Virus record (IMG/VR): IMGVR_UViG_3300037248_000024
Location: 34,051 to 98,050 of that record
Strand: one strand, 5' to 3'
DNA from: a virus
Length of the DNA stretch: 64,000 bases
Part shown: positions 39,640-50,508 of the stretch, piece by piece
Layout of the letters: each line of letters opens with the position of its first letter
How positions within the stretch are numbered: position 1 is the stretch's first letter
Program-made: the position numbers and the translations under genes
Notes under the pieces: model-generated
Databases searched by the model: none
What the model saw: only the letters and a program-made list of their open reading frames with translations
What the model was told of the DNA's origin: nothing

Positions 39640-40944
39640 TTGATCTCTCTTTCAGAAATCGAGCTAAACGCCGCACAACAAAAGGCAGAAAAAGAAATCG
39701 GCGCATCCATCGAAATGTCACGGCAGCATTTACTTACAGGTGATGCTGGAACGGGAAAGACGGTCCTCGTTCAAAAGATCGCCGTGAAGCAACAGGAACG
39801 TCGCAAAAAAATAGTCCTTACCGCGCCAACTCATAAAGCCGTCGCCGTCCTCGAACGCAAACTAAAAGCGGCTGGAATTGATATCCGGTGCCAAACCATC
39901 CATTCATTGCTTTCGCTTTGCCCCAAGGCGCAAGGTGATAAGCAGATATTCGTTCGTGCACCAAAAGCCAAACCGGTGCTGGAAGACATTATCGTTATAG
40001 ACGAATGCTCCATGCTCGACGCCTCCATGATGCAGCACATTGAACGGCATCTGTCTGGCCGAGCAGTTATTCTGTGTGGCGACGTTGGGCAGTTACCTCC
40101 AGTTGGTGAAAGGGAGTCGCGTTCGTTTTCTGTGATGCCGCGTAGCCACCTCCAAGAGGTCGTTCGACAGGCACAGGGGAATCCAATCATCGCCGCGTCC
40201 CAGATCATCAGGAAAAATCAAACCGATGGCAGCGGTGTCGTCGATTGGTCGTGGTGTAGGGAAGCAAGGGGAGAAGCAAATACACCCCTGGAAAATACCG
40301 GAGTCTTTACACCCCACAGAAGTGATGTAGACGCCTGGATCAGAAAGGGATTTACCTCAGAAGCGTTTCGTGCCGATCCTGATAATTTTCGCTATCTGGC
40401 CTGGACCAATGCGCGTGTGGCTGAAATCAACGCGAAGATCAGACGATGGATATATCCAGGAGAAGACCTGTCCACCCCGTTCATATCAGGGGAAACGGCA
40501 CTGCTTCGCTCACCATTGGTAATCGATAACCAAATCCTGATCGCGACCAATGAAGAAGTGAAGGTGCTTTCCATCCAAACCGGGGAGCAACTTGGTATCG
40601 CGACCTGGGAAATGAAGGTTGTGACAGAAAGTGGGATGGACCACAATATTCACTTGCCACGTGATTGGGATGGATATCGGATCGCTCTGGCTGAACTGGC
40701 GGATGCTGCCAAAGCTGATTCTTATTTGTGGGAGAACTATCACGATTTCAAAGCTGCTTTTATCAACGCGCAGCAATGTATGGCGCTGACCGTTCATTCG
40801 AGCCAGGGAAGCACCTTCACCTGGACCTACCTCGATATTCCCGATATCAGAAAACGGATTAAGGACAATCTACTTGAGGCCCAGCAGCTATTGCTGACGG
40901 GGGCAACTCGGCCAAGCGATGGGCTGGTGTTGGTGGGGGTTTGA
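39640..40944 (+). CDS. SF1B (Dda/RecD-like) helicase
   Basis: GDAGTGKT, APTHKA, IDECSM, GDVGQLPPV, VRQ, TVHSSQGST. Confidence 0.93.
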   Translation: MISLSEIELNAAQQKAEKEIGASIEMSRQHLLTGDAGTGKTVLVQKIAVKQQERRKKIVLTAPTHKAVAVLERKLKAAGIDIRCQTIHSLLSLCPKAQGDKQIFVRAPKAKPVLEDIIVIDECSMLDASMMQHIERHLSGRAVILCGDVGQLPPVGERESRSFSVMPRSHLQEVVRQAQGNPIIAASQIIRKNQTDGSGVVDWSWCREARGEANTPLENTGVFTPHRSDVDAWIRKGFTSEAFRADPDNFRYLAWTNARVAEINAKIRRWIYPGEDLSTPFISGETALLRSPLVIDNQILIATNEEVKVLSIQTGEQLGIATWEMKVVTESGMDHNIHLPRDWDGYRIALAELADAAKADSYLWENYHDFKAAFINAQQCMALTVHSSQGSTFTWTYLDIPDIRKRIKDNLLEAQQLLLTGATRPSDGLVLVGV

Positions 40945-40969
40945 CGCGGCCTTACCAACTTGGTATATG
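40941..40969 (+). promoter_or_regulatory. sigma70-like promoter
   Basis: TTGACG-17-TATATG. Confidence 0.6.
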
Positions 40970-40998
40970 TTGGTCATCAAGGGGAGAGGCGGCGACCC

Positions 40999-41169
40999 AT
41001 GGATGACGATAAGCGGCTTGAACAGGTCCATCTGCGCTTCCGCAAGGCGGTTCTGGACGCCGCCAAAGCTGATGCTGCCCGTAAGGGCCAACCGCTCACC
41101 ACCTGGTTCGAACGCCTTGTAGAGGCTTCAATGCCTCAGGAAACGCAAGATGCGGAGAGCGCACGATGA
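40999..41169 (+). CDS. ribbon-helix-helix protein
   Basis: QVHLRFRKAVLDAAKADAARKGQPLTTWFERLV. Confidence 0.7.
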   Translation: MDDDKRLEQVHLRFRKAVLDAAKADAARKGQPLTTWFERLVEASMPQETQDAESAR

Positions 41170-41933
41170 AAATCTCTGGACCAACTGACCCATCCGGCTC
41201 TCCTTTGCTACCTGAACCATCCGCCATCATCATCCCCTTTGGCAAACATAAGGGAAAGACTGTCGCGGAACTGCTGGCGACCGATCAGCCCTATGCGGAC
41301 TGGATCACGGCGCAGGGATGGGTGGCCGAGAGGTTCGCGGAACTCCACGCCGCTATTGTTACACGGAGCGCGGGGGCAGATGATACGCCGGAGCACAATG
41401 CGCTCCAGGCGCGATTTTTGGATGAAGGGTTTCGACGTGGATTTCTTTTGTTGTGCGCTAAGGATTTGAGAGAGAGAATTACTGAAGCGAAGCGTTTGCT
41501 TATGGACAGCGCAAATTATGTAATAAATCTGTTTGATCACCCGAAATATGGATGGGAGACTATTTCTCAGGCGCGCTACGATAATGCGAAGTCCATCCTG
41601 GAGAAAATCACATCAGGGGCTGTCCGTATAAAAAGCACTGTTCAATTTGAGGTTTCTGGAATTGATGTTTTTATTACATATGGAGGCGCATTGAGCAGTG
41701 AAATTGTTTCTCCAAAACGGATTTCCGTTGAGTTAAAACCGGCCCTCGGTGACGACTACCCATCTGTTATGCGTCAGATGCAGCGATTGCATTGCAGTCT
41801 CATAGTGGTCGGTCAATATACCGGGCGCGGCGTGTCTGAGCCTCAATTACGTCAGATGTTCGAGGCGAATGATTGTCAGTTGGTATTTGTCCAGGAAATC
41901 GAGGAGCGCATTCGCAACACGGCGACTCCGTAA
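41166..41933 (+). CDS. DUF3820-like N-domain fused to a possible PD-(D/E)XK domain
   Basis: IPFGKHKGKTVAEL...YADW; IDVF...VELKP. Confidence 0.6.
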   Translation: MKISGPTDPSGSPLLPEPSAIIIPFGKHKGKTVAELLATDQPYADWITAQGWVAERFAELHAAIVTRSAGADDTPEHNALQARFLDEGFRRGFLLLCAKDLRERITEAKRLLMDSANYVINLFDHPKYGWETISQARYDNAKSILEKITSGAVRIKSTVQFEVSGIDVFITYGGALSSEIVSPKRISVELKPALGDDYPSVMRQMQRLHCSLIVVGQYTGRGVSEPQLRQMFEANDCQLVFVQEIEERIRNTATP

Positions 41934-42190
41934 TTTTATGTCCTTGCAGCCCTCCGTTTTCGCGGATGCGTTCCGGCGCCATGCCGTGCCAAAGATACGG
42001 CAGGTTATGATGGTGCGTGCTCATTTCGTGGGAATCGGTCTCTATGATTTTTCAGATGCCTACGCCGATGTGATGATTTATGCGGGCCAGCTTGGCGCAT
42101 TTTATCTTCCTGATGAGCATCTGGATGCACTCTATGATTGGGTAGCCGGATTGCTGACTGATATGGCCGCCGCTGTTGGTGAGGCGGCTG

Positions 42191-43600
42191 ATGGCTGAGA
42201 ACTATTTTGACAATCCAGATGCGTCTCCAAAACGTCGCGCTCCCAGAAAAACCACACCTAAACCAGTTGCACCCAAAGCCAATGGCCACGCATCTCCGGG
42301 ACGTGTGGATTGGGTTCCCAACCAACATTGGCGGGAAGACCTCGCGCGTACGGAAGGAGGAAAGATTCTTCGCACCCTTAATAATGTATTGGTGGCGTTA
42401 CGGCAGGCGCCGCAGTGGAAAGATATGTTCGCGTGGAATCAGTTTTCCAGTCGTCTCATGGTCATGCGGCATTTACCCGGTACTAATAAAATTGAAGCCT
42501 CCGTTCCCCGAGAAATAACGGGTCCAGATGTATCCAATGTTACCGACTGGATGCAACATAATGGGATCATCGTCGCATCCCAGACCACGGAAGAGGGTAT
42601 TCGCGCGGTCGCGGATGAATTTTCATATCATCCCGTACGCGATTATCTGAATGGTCTCACCTGGGACAAGACGCCGAGGCTGGAAACGTGGTTGATCAAA
42701 CACCTCGGGGTAACTGATACCGCCCTTCATCGGGCGTTTGGTTCCCGTTGGATGATTGGCCTGGTCGCACGGATATTCGAGCCGGGTTGTCAACTTGATA
42801 CGGCGCTGATCCTGGAATCACGTCAAGGTCTTCGCAAGTCCACGGCGCTGCGGGTACTCGCCCAACCATGGTTTACCGATCATGTACCAGACCTATCATC
42901 AAAGGATGCGCTCGAACAACTCCAGGGAGTGTGGATCATTGAACTAGCCGAACTGAGTAGTTTTGGTCGCGTCGAAACGGCACGGATCAAATCATTCCTG
43001 AGTTCGAGGGACGACCGTTTTCGTCCCTCATTTGGTCGTTTCCCCGCCAATCATCCCCGTCAATGCGGTTTCGCCGGCACTGTCAATCCTGGCAGCAATG
43101 GGTATCTCCGTGATGAAACCGGCGCGCGCCGATTCTGGATCGTGGAGTGCGCCACCAACTGGAAACCGAACCAACAGGTTGACGTGGAAAAATTGACCGC
43201 CGCTCGTGATCATCTCTGGGCTGAGGCGGTCTATCGTTATCGCGAAGGAAAACCATGGTGGCTGGACACCGCCGATTTGGAGGCGGGGCAGGAGGCCGCC
43301 GCAGAGGCGCGGCAAACCGATGACCCGCGTGAGCCAAAAATTCGGGATTATGTCGAAGGTCTGGCCTGGGTGAGAATGGATGGCATTCTGGGAGCGGAGT
43401 GTCTGAATATCCCACCGGAACGTTGGTCGATCGCGCTCAGGACAGAAATTGGCCATGTGATGAGCGCGCTCAAATGGAAACGGAAACGGAAACGAACAGA
43501 CGCGAAAAAGGCAGATAGCCCAATGGAGTGGCGGTACTACCCGCCTGGGGAAGAACGCGAAAGAGAGGCGCCCGTTTATCCCGATGAAATTTCTTTTTGA
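42191..43600 (+). CDS. VirE/VapE-family replication ATPase
   Basis: YHPVRDYL, PGCQLD..LILESRQGLRKST, IIELAEL, GTVN...LRDETGARRF. Confidence 0.92.
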   Translation: MAENYFDNPDASPKRRAPRKTTPKPVAPKANGHASPGRVDWVPNQHWREDLARTEGGKILRTLNNVLVALRQAPQWKDMFAWNQFSSRLMVMRHLPGTNKIEASVPREITGPDVSNVTDWMQHNGIIVASQTTEEGIRAVADEFSYHPVRDYLNGLTWDKTPRLETWLIKHLGVTDTALHRAFGSRWMIGLVARIFEPGCQLDTALILESRQGLRKSTALRVLAQPWFTDHVPDLSSKDALEQLQGVWIIELAELSSFGRVETARIKSFLSSRDDRFRPSFGRFPANHPRQCGFAGTVNPGSNGYLRDETGARRFWIVECATNWKPNQQVDVEKLTAARDHLWAEAVYRYREGKPWWLDTADLEAGQEAAAEARQTDDPREPKIRDYVEGLAWVRMDGILGAECLNIPPERWSIALRTEIGHVMSALKWKRKRKRTDAKKADSPMEWRYYPPGEEREREAPVYPDEISF

Positions 43601-43650
43601 TATTTCATCTAAAAAATAAACCAAATAATTTCAATATGTTAGTTTTTTTC

Positions 43651-43917
43651 TGTTCCTACTGTTCCTACCTGGAGTTAAATGGTAGGAACAAAAAGTTGTA
43701 GTGCCTACCTTGATGTTCCTACTGTACCCACTGTTCCTACCATTTTGTATATATACAAAGAAAGATGGAACGGTATGTAGAAAAAACACAGCCCTCTAAG
43801 GAAGTGGTAGGCACAGTAGGAACAGTAGGCACAATGTTGATTTCATTAGATGTTGTGGTAGGAACATTTAGTGCTGATGTTCCTACCTGGGTGGGAACAT
43901 GCTATCCTTTATCCGCA
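43651..43917. repeat. iteron array / probable replication origin
   Basis: About 13 copies of TGTTCCTAC or its variants in both orientations; palindrome TTTGTATATATACAAA at 43744-43759; AT-rich; directly after VirE. Confidence 0.85.
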
Positions 43918-43944
43918 CCGCTTGCCTTCTGAGTGTCAGGATTG

Positions 43945-44945
43945 TCAGGTTTTCCCGTTAGTCAGCCCCACCGCCTCCCGCAACGCCTCCACCACCCGAG
44001 CCCCCTGCGTCACCGCCCGTGCATGAAGCACACGCCGGGCGGCTATCTCGACGGCCAGGAGACGGGCGATCTCGGGCAGTGCCAGCACGGCATCGGCCTG
44101 TGCCAGCGTCCGGTCGCGATCGGCGGCACATCCCGGGACACCGGCGTCGGCCAGCCGCAGTAGTTCGGCCCATGGGGTCGTGTCGGCGTGGGACGCGTTC
44201 CACAGAGCGGCGGCGAGGGGGGGGCGGAGGGTCATTGCGATAACGCCCGACGCAAAGCTTCACGCTCCTCATAGGTCGTGATCTCGGCCACGCATGGTCG
44301 CGCCGCCGCTTCGACGGCGAACAACCGCTTGATGGATGGCAGCGCCAGAACGGTATCGGCCTGACGGAGGGCGCGGTCGCGATGTTGGCACCAGGCCGCG
44401 TGGTCTTCCGCGATTTCCAGGAGTTTCGGCCAGGTGATTCGCCCTGGGGCATCGGTATCGGCGTAACCGGACTCCCAGATCACGGCGGCGAGTTGGTCGC
44501 GGATGTCCGGTGTATCGGGACTGGCGCTGAGAATTCGCAGGGTCGCGGTGGTGATCCGCCGCAACCGCTCGATTTCGATCGCTCCAGCCCGGAGATACGC
44601 GGCCTGGAGGTGGTTGCCCGTGGCATCGTCCTCATCGGCGGCGTGGCGCATGTCATCGGGGAGGGTGGGTGTGATGAGGCCCAGAGCGCGCGAGATGGCC
44701 GCCAGTCTTGTCTCGATCCCATCACACGTCGCGCTCAACCGCTCGCACGCCTCGTCAACCGCCGCCATATCGCCGTCCAGGGCGGTCCGGGGCGGTTCGT
44801 GGGTGGAAGGGGCGGCGGGAGGGGTGGGGGGCTGTACGGGCGGGGGAGACGCGGTAACGGGGTCCATCGGACAAACCAGCGCATAACACCCGTAGTGGTC
44901 ATACCGCTCTCGCGTATCCCCGCAGGTTGAGCATATCTCTGTCAT
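43945..44945 (-). CDS. two adjacent genes sharing a paralogous domain (43945-44235, 44232-44945)
   Basis: LAA..W....ADT...W..LL..A...C..RDR.L.QAD.VLALP.I.RL.AVE occurs in both. Confidence 0.75.
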
Positions 44946-45263
44946 CGGTTACTCCATTCGTTGTTGACATCCGCCGTCCATCGTCCGTAAATCCAACTTC
45001 CTGGTTTTCCAGGTCGTTTCCTTCTCAACGATCGCCCAACTCAGCGGCGTCTCGCCTCACGGTGGGGCGCCGCTTTTTGGTGGTCGCTCACCCCGCCCAC
45101 CACACGCACAGCCGGATCGTCCCGAGCAGCACCGCGTCACGGCAGGCATCGCGGATGATATCGCGAGGGGCCAGGGCGAACGGCTTCGTCGGGCCGAAAC
45201 CGAACCGCAGTCCGTCCAACGCGCGCCAGAGGACCCAGATGAAAATCATGATCACGGTGAGGG

Positions 45264-48200
45264 TCATGGTGTTGGCTCCCGCGCTTCCGCCATGCACCGC
45301 CGCAATGCGTCGGCCAGCGCTTTCAGTCCATCCGCCGTGTGGACGTGATACAGGCCGGTCGCGAATCCCTTGTTCTGATCGAGCGGAGACGGGCAGGTGC
45401 AATTCCCATCTACCCGGACATCATTGCCGTGGGTCTCGTGCAGGGCGTTCGCGTAACGCGGCGGCAGGCCAGGGCCAGACGCGATCCAGTAATACCAGGC
45501 GCGTCGAAAGGTCCAGGGTCCGAGTTGACCAACAATCACGGTTCGCATCTGAGGGTGACTGGTTCTGAACCATTCGCCGACGTTGACGGACTCGATGCCG
45601 GCGGTGGTCAGTTCGGCGCTGATTTCATCATCGGCATCGGCGCGGCGGGCGTAGTTTTTCATGGTGTTGAGTCCTTTCGTGGGGTCAGTGCGTCTCGGCC
45701 TTCTGTCGTGATGCGCCACAAGCCACGCCTTCCAAGCCGGGCGACGAAGCCCTTGCGATGCAGGCGCCCAAGAATGGCGGCGCCGCGGTAAATCGCACCA
45801 CAGGCATCTGGCAGGATCGCCAGACCGATCCGGTACGAGGACGTACCCATGGAGGTATCAAGCAACGACAAAGCGGTTCTCTCGGCGGGGCTCACTCCGG
45901 CAATCCTCTCAACTTCTCCAGACTCACCCGCCCGGCACCGCCGATCGCGGTCCAGGCGCGTTGGGCGTAATAGGATAAGCCGGGCGACCAACCTCCTCCG
46001 GCGTCGATGCTTCGTTCGGCATGACGGAGGATCGGCTTAGAGGTCGCCGCGCGATATCCGGCCTGTTCCAGTTCCGCCCGATACGCGGCGAGGAATTGCG
46101 TCCTCGTGGGTGGTTCAGCCGAGGTCATGGTGCCGCTTTCAGATAATCTGGGTGGTAGGACGAGGAAGACTTATTTTCGCCCCACCGAACCCACACACAC
46201 CCGTTGGATTTTGTTCCAGTTACAACGCCGATCTGGCCATGGGTCCGCCGAATGCTAAAAGATCGCCCGGCTTCGTTAAGTTGAACCCGGTCATTTTTAT
46301 GGAAAGTTTTGCCTGTCATTGGTTAACCCCCGCCGCGATCAGAATTGCGCCGGAGATCATGAACCCCGCGGCGGCGATGGCACGCTGCACGTCCTGACCA
46401 CGAATGCCGATAACACAACTTCCGAGGGACAGCATCGCGGTTCCCACGATCAGACAGGCGGTGTGCATCACGCGTCTCCTTCTGATTGATACCAACTCCA
46501 GAACGAAGTATGCCTGGCTCTTTCAGAAGCGGTGAAATTGAAAACATCAGGAACGGCCCGGTACGATGCGATCGCCTTAACGAGGGAGGTGGGCGGCGAT
46601 CTATCGATGACGACGCTGATACCGCAATGGCCATCACCGCCGTTCCAGGTCGAGATGATCGATGACTTTAGCCTGGCGGCAACAGCCTTTGCACGGCGCC
46701 GGTGTGTTTTCGCTGATGCCGTGTAAGAATGCTTGTTTCCATAAATCAGTATTAAAGTGCCTCCGCCGCTCGGCACTACCGTTACCAGGATATCTCCTGT
46801 TTTTTCGGACACGCCGTGGTGTTGCGCTATAGCGCCGTCCGGCATTCCTGGCCGTTCCAGCCGCGCGATTATTCTTGCCGCTGTCGTGGCGATCTTTTGA
46901 CTCACGAGGCGTCTCCCTCGATTTCGCGGAGCAACTTCCGTGCCGCCGTGATGGCCTCGCGGTATTTCTCGCCGGTATCAAGCCGAGCCCATGGTTCCAG
47001 CCAGGCGATCAGATCGGTTACCATATCCTGTAGCTTTGGGGCGGCGTGCATCAGGCGGGCGATGGATTCCAACTCTTTTATTGGAATCACCCGATGACCC
47101 GGAATAACGGTGGCACTCCATCCCTGCCAGTTCTCGGAATCAACGGCGTAGACCGTGCGCCCCTCTCGTTTCCATTCCATCACGTCCCGATCTCCCTCAG
47201 CAACCGCCGCGCCTCGACAACATCCGGGTCCGCCACGCCATCCGGCGTCCTGTTCCGCTTGAGGATGGCGGTGAGGAGTCGGGCGGTGTCCTCGGCTTCA
47301 CTGGACTGATCGTGGCGAGGGACGGAGGCGACATACCTGCCATCAACAGTTAATATCCTGACCCAACCATCCAGTTTGTTCGGTGGCGCTGTTTTGTATG
47401 GCCCCGGTGTCGCGGTCATGAATCCCTCCCAAGGATCGCGAAACCGATCCCGGCGCCGGCGAACGTAAGCGCGACGCAACAGACATCCCTGATGCCGTCG
47501 TGGGTCGCGTGCGGCACGGTCATCACGATGCAGGCCATGAGCGCGGCGAGAGACAGCACGGCAGAGGCAATGATCTGGGCGAGCAATCGCATCACAATTC
47601 CCCCGCCATTTCCACGATCGCCGCGAGGTCATCGTGCAGCAACTGCTGACCACCAATCGCCGTGATGAGTTGGTTTGATTTTGGAAACGACCGCGCCGCC
47701 AGATACGCGCGCACCCTCTCCAACGCTTCGGCGCGGGCGTGGCGGAGGTGCTCGGCGGCTTCACGGGCCAGTCGCTCGGCCTCTCGTCTCTCCGCCCCCA
47801 GCGCTTCTTCAGCGGTCTTCTGGACGGCCTGGAGACGCGCACACTCGAACGCCACTTCGTCCAGCCTGATTCGCGTTAAGGTCCAGCGCTCATGGCGCCT
47901 CCCATCGGATTTGCGGTAACGGTGACCGTCATCCAGGTCCACCATCGCTGGGGTTACCCTGACGACGCAGCGGATTTTATAGTCGTGGCCGACGCTGTAA
48001 TAATCGGTCACAACCTCATCCCCAACCCGGAGATCGGCCAGGGTGCGGGGGTTTGTTTCGGTGTCAGGCATTACACCCTCCTCTCATAAGTCTCACACTC
48101 CGCCACGGGCCATAACGTCTTTCGTTCGATAGACCCCCACTCGGGAATCGGTTGGCGGCGCGTGGTTCCAAAACCGTGTCCCCAGTTCCACGCCGCCGGT

Positions 48201-49006
48201 GTCGGGATATGCGGCGGGGTCCACACGCACTTGCCCTGGCCATCGGGATGTAAGCGGCCGGCGGCGGTCTTGTGCCAGTCGGCGCGGGTGCAGGTGAGGC
48301 AGAGGTGGGCGGGGATGGCGTTCGCGCTCACGATCCGGTCGCCCTGGCGATGGCGGCGCGGGCCACCACGAGTTGCGGCGGGATGACCCACTCGTTTTTT
48401 AATGTCAGGTCGGTTTCGACGTAATCGACGAGCGCCGCGAGGGCTTCGGTCAGACCGGGCGCGGTTTCCTTTCCCGCCACGGAATCCTCTGGCGTTTCAA
48501 ACCCAAGCCGCCGCAGTGACGCGCGAAGGTCGTAAAGCGCCATGCGAGCCGGGTGGTTGTATTCGGCGGTGGCCAGATGACCACTCAGGGAAGCGGCGAC
48601 TTTGGCCAAGTGCTCCAGTTCGCGGATACGGTCGCCTCGGATGGCTTTTATGACTGGGAAACGCATCGTTTCTCTCCTTTCGTCCGATCCACCGCGCACG
48701 CCTTCCATATCATCCTGGCGAGCGCTGGCAGCTTCTCCCAACCCGGACGCGGCGATCCGTCGTGGTAGGTCGGGTAGCGTTCGAGATCGGCTTCGTAGGC
48801 TTGTTGGCCGGTGGGGTATTTCATGACTTACGCTCCGGCAAAACGCCAACGCAGCCCGGTCCGTAAAGCGCTTCCAGTTCCGTCCGCAACTGGAGTGCGA
48901 TAACCCATGTCACGAACGGGAGGGTAACGTTCTGTTCGGTGAGTTCGCGGATCAGATTACAGGCTGTTTCGCAGATATTGTCTTTGAGTTGGTTGGGGGA
49001 TGCCAT
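45264..49006 (-). CDS. array of small leftward hypothetical genes
   Basis: Consecutive coupled minus-strand ORFs (e.g. 45892-46128, 46125-46319, 46468-46905, 46902-47183, 47592-48071, 48821-49006). Confidence 0.6.
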
Positions 49007-49041
49007 CGTCTCTCTCCTGGCCGTCGTGGGGTGGTGGTGGG

Positions 49042-50508
49042 TCAGGCGGCTTTCTTGTCAGCATCCTTGCCGATCTCGGCTCTACCTGCGGCGGCGGTCT
49101 TGTTGAACGCCTCTCGCAACAGGTCGTCGCGCCAGACCAGGTGAACCGTGCCTTTCTTGAAGAAACGAATATCGAAGAATTCGCTTTGGCATTGGTTGTG
49201 GAATGGGCCGGCCTTCACATGGTAACCCAAGGATTGAAAGGTTGAACTAAGGGCGTGGCCGATCGTGTAGCAACTCTCAAACTTTCTGCCACTCAGGACG
49301 CACAGCACCCGGTCAAGATCGGCATAAAAATCGATCATCCCACCATAATACCCGGTGCTGAAACGCCCCCCATATTTGGCGTCATAGCTGCACCCGTAGG
49401 GAAAGATCGCCTTTTTGTTGACCTTGTAACTCGAATTCGTTTTCCACCCCTCGGTGTGGTGGACGTTATCGGCATGGTAACGCCGCAACGCATCAAACAC
49501 GTTGGAGACTGATTTCTCGAACAGACCTTGCCGTTGTGAGAAGATGTTTTCGAGCGTGCCGTAGACGTTGGTCGCGGTAAACGGGATATGCGCGTTGCGA
49601 TCGATGTCACGCTCCAGTTCTTCGCGCTGTAGCTTGTCGAGCCACTTGTGAAACTCGGCACGGGACAACGCGGCCTTCCAACATGCCTTGCGGTGCTTCT
49701 GTAGGAATTCAGCGCGGGCGTGGCCGAAGTCCCGGCAGGCTTCCTTCACGATATCCTGAAAGGCATCGATCCGCAGATCGTTCCCGCCCATATACACGGC
49801 GGCCTTACGGATATGGCGGAATGCTTCGATCATGTGAGTGTTGGCCTGCTCGTAATAGTGTTGCAGGTTGCCGAGTGTGTCACGCACGGCTGGCAGGTTG
49901 TCGGGGCTGGCTTCTCCGGCATGATCGCGTTCTCTGCCCTTGGTCTCCCACAACTCGGCGGCGTCTTCGGTTGTCACCTTGCGGAGGTGGACCAAAACGA
50001 CTTCAACGTCGGTGGGTCGCGCGGCCCGCTGAAATGGTCGGCCCAGGTCTTCGATTGAACCGTGCTCCGCGATGATCCCGGCGAGTCTCTGCCGTGCGGC
50101 GGAATGAGGATTGCGGATCGTTTCGGTGTTCAACAGACAGACGATCTCGCCGTTGTAGAGGAAATCCCACGCCTTCAACAGGTGGGCGTCGCCATTCGAA
50201 AACGGCGGGTTCATTATGATGGCATCATAATAACAAACACCGTCATAGCTTAACCAGTCGCCGCCGACGATCGGAAAACCTTTCTCGGTCAGGATCGCGC
50301 ACAGTTCGCCGGACGGTTCGATGCAATCGACCTGCGTACGCGACCGGCCGTAGCGATCGTCGCCACGTATCGCTTCCGCTATGTCCCCGCGGCCCGCGCT
50401 CGGATCGAGATAATATCTCGCGTCCTTGCTGATCTTGGCCAGCATTTTGTGAACGAGCGCCGCTGGTGTGGGGAAGAACTCATCTCCGAACATATTGCCT
50501 TGTTTCAT
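49042..50508 (-). CDS. N6-adenine methyltransferase with DUF4942-like C-terminal domain
   Basis: FFPTP, LDPSAGRG, IMNPPF, WKTN..YKVNKK, RFFKKGTVHL. Confidence 0.88.
   Translation of the reverse strand: MKQGNMFGDEFFPTPAALVHKMLAKISKDARYYLDPSAGRGDIAEAIRGDDRYGRSRTQVDCIEPSGELCAILTEKGFPIVGGDWLSYDGVCYYDAIIMNPPFSNGDAHLLKAWDFLYNGEIVCLLNTETIRNPHSAARQRLAGIIAEHGSIEDLGRPFQRAARPTDVEVVLVHLRKVTTEDAAELWETKGRERDHAGEASPDNLPAVRDTLGNLQHYYEQANTHMIEAFRHIRKAAVYMGGNDLRIDAFQDIVKEACRDFGHARAEFLQKHRKACWKAALSRAEFHKWLDKLQREELERDIDRNAHIPFTATNVYGTLENIFSQRQGLFEKSVSNVFDALRRYHADNVHHTEGWKTNSSYKVNKKAIFPYGCSYDAKYGGRFSTGYYGGMIDFYADLDRVLCVLSGRKFESCYTIGHALSSTFQSLGYHVKAGPFHNQCQSEFFDIRFFKKGTVHLVWRDDLLREAFNKTAAAGRAEIGKDADKKAA

Noticed and set aside
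43651-43899. CRISPR array
   Set aside because: The repeats are 9 bp, in both orientations and lack unique spacers; they fit iterons.
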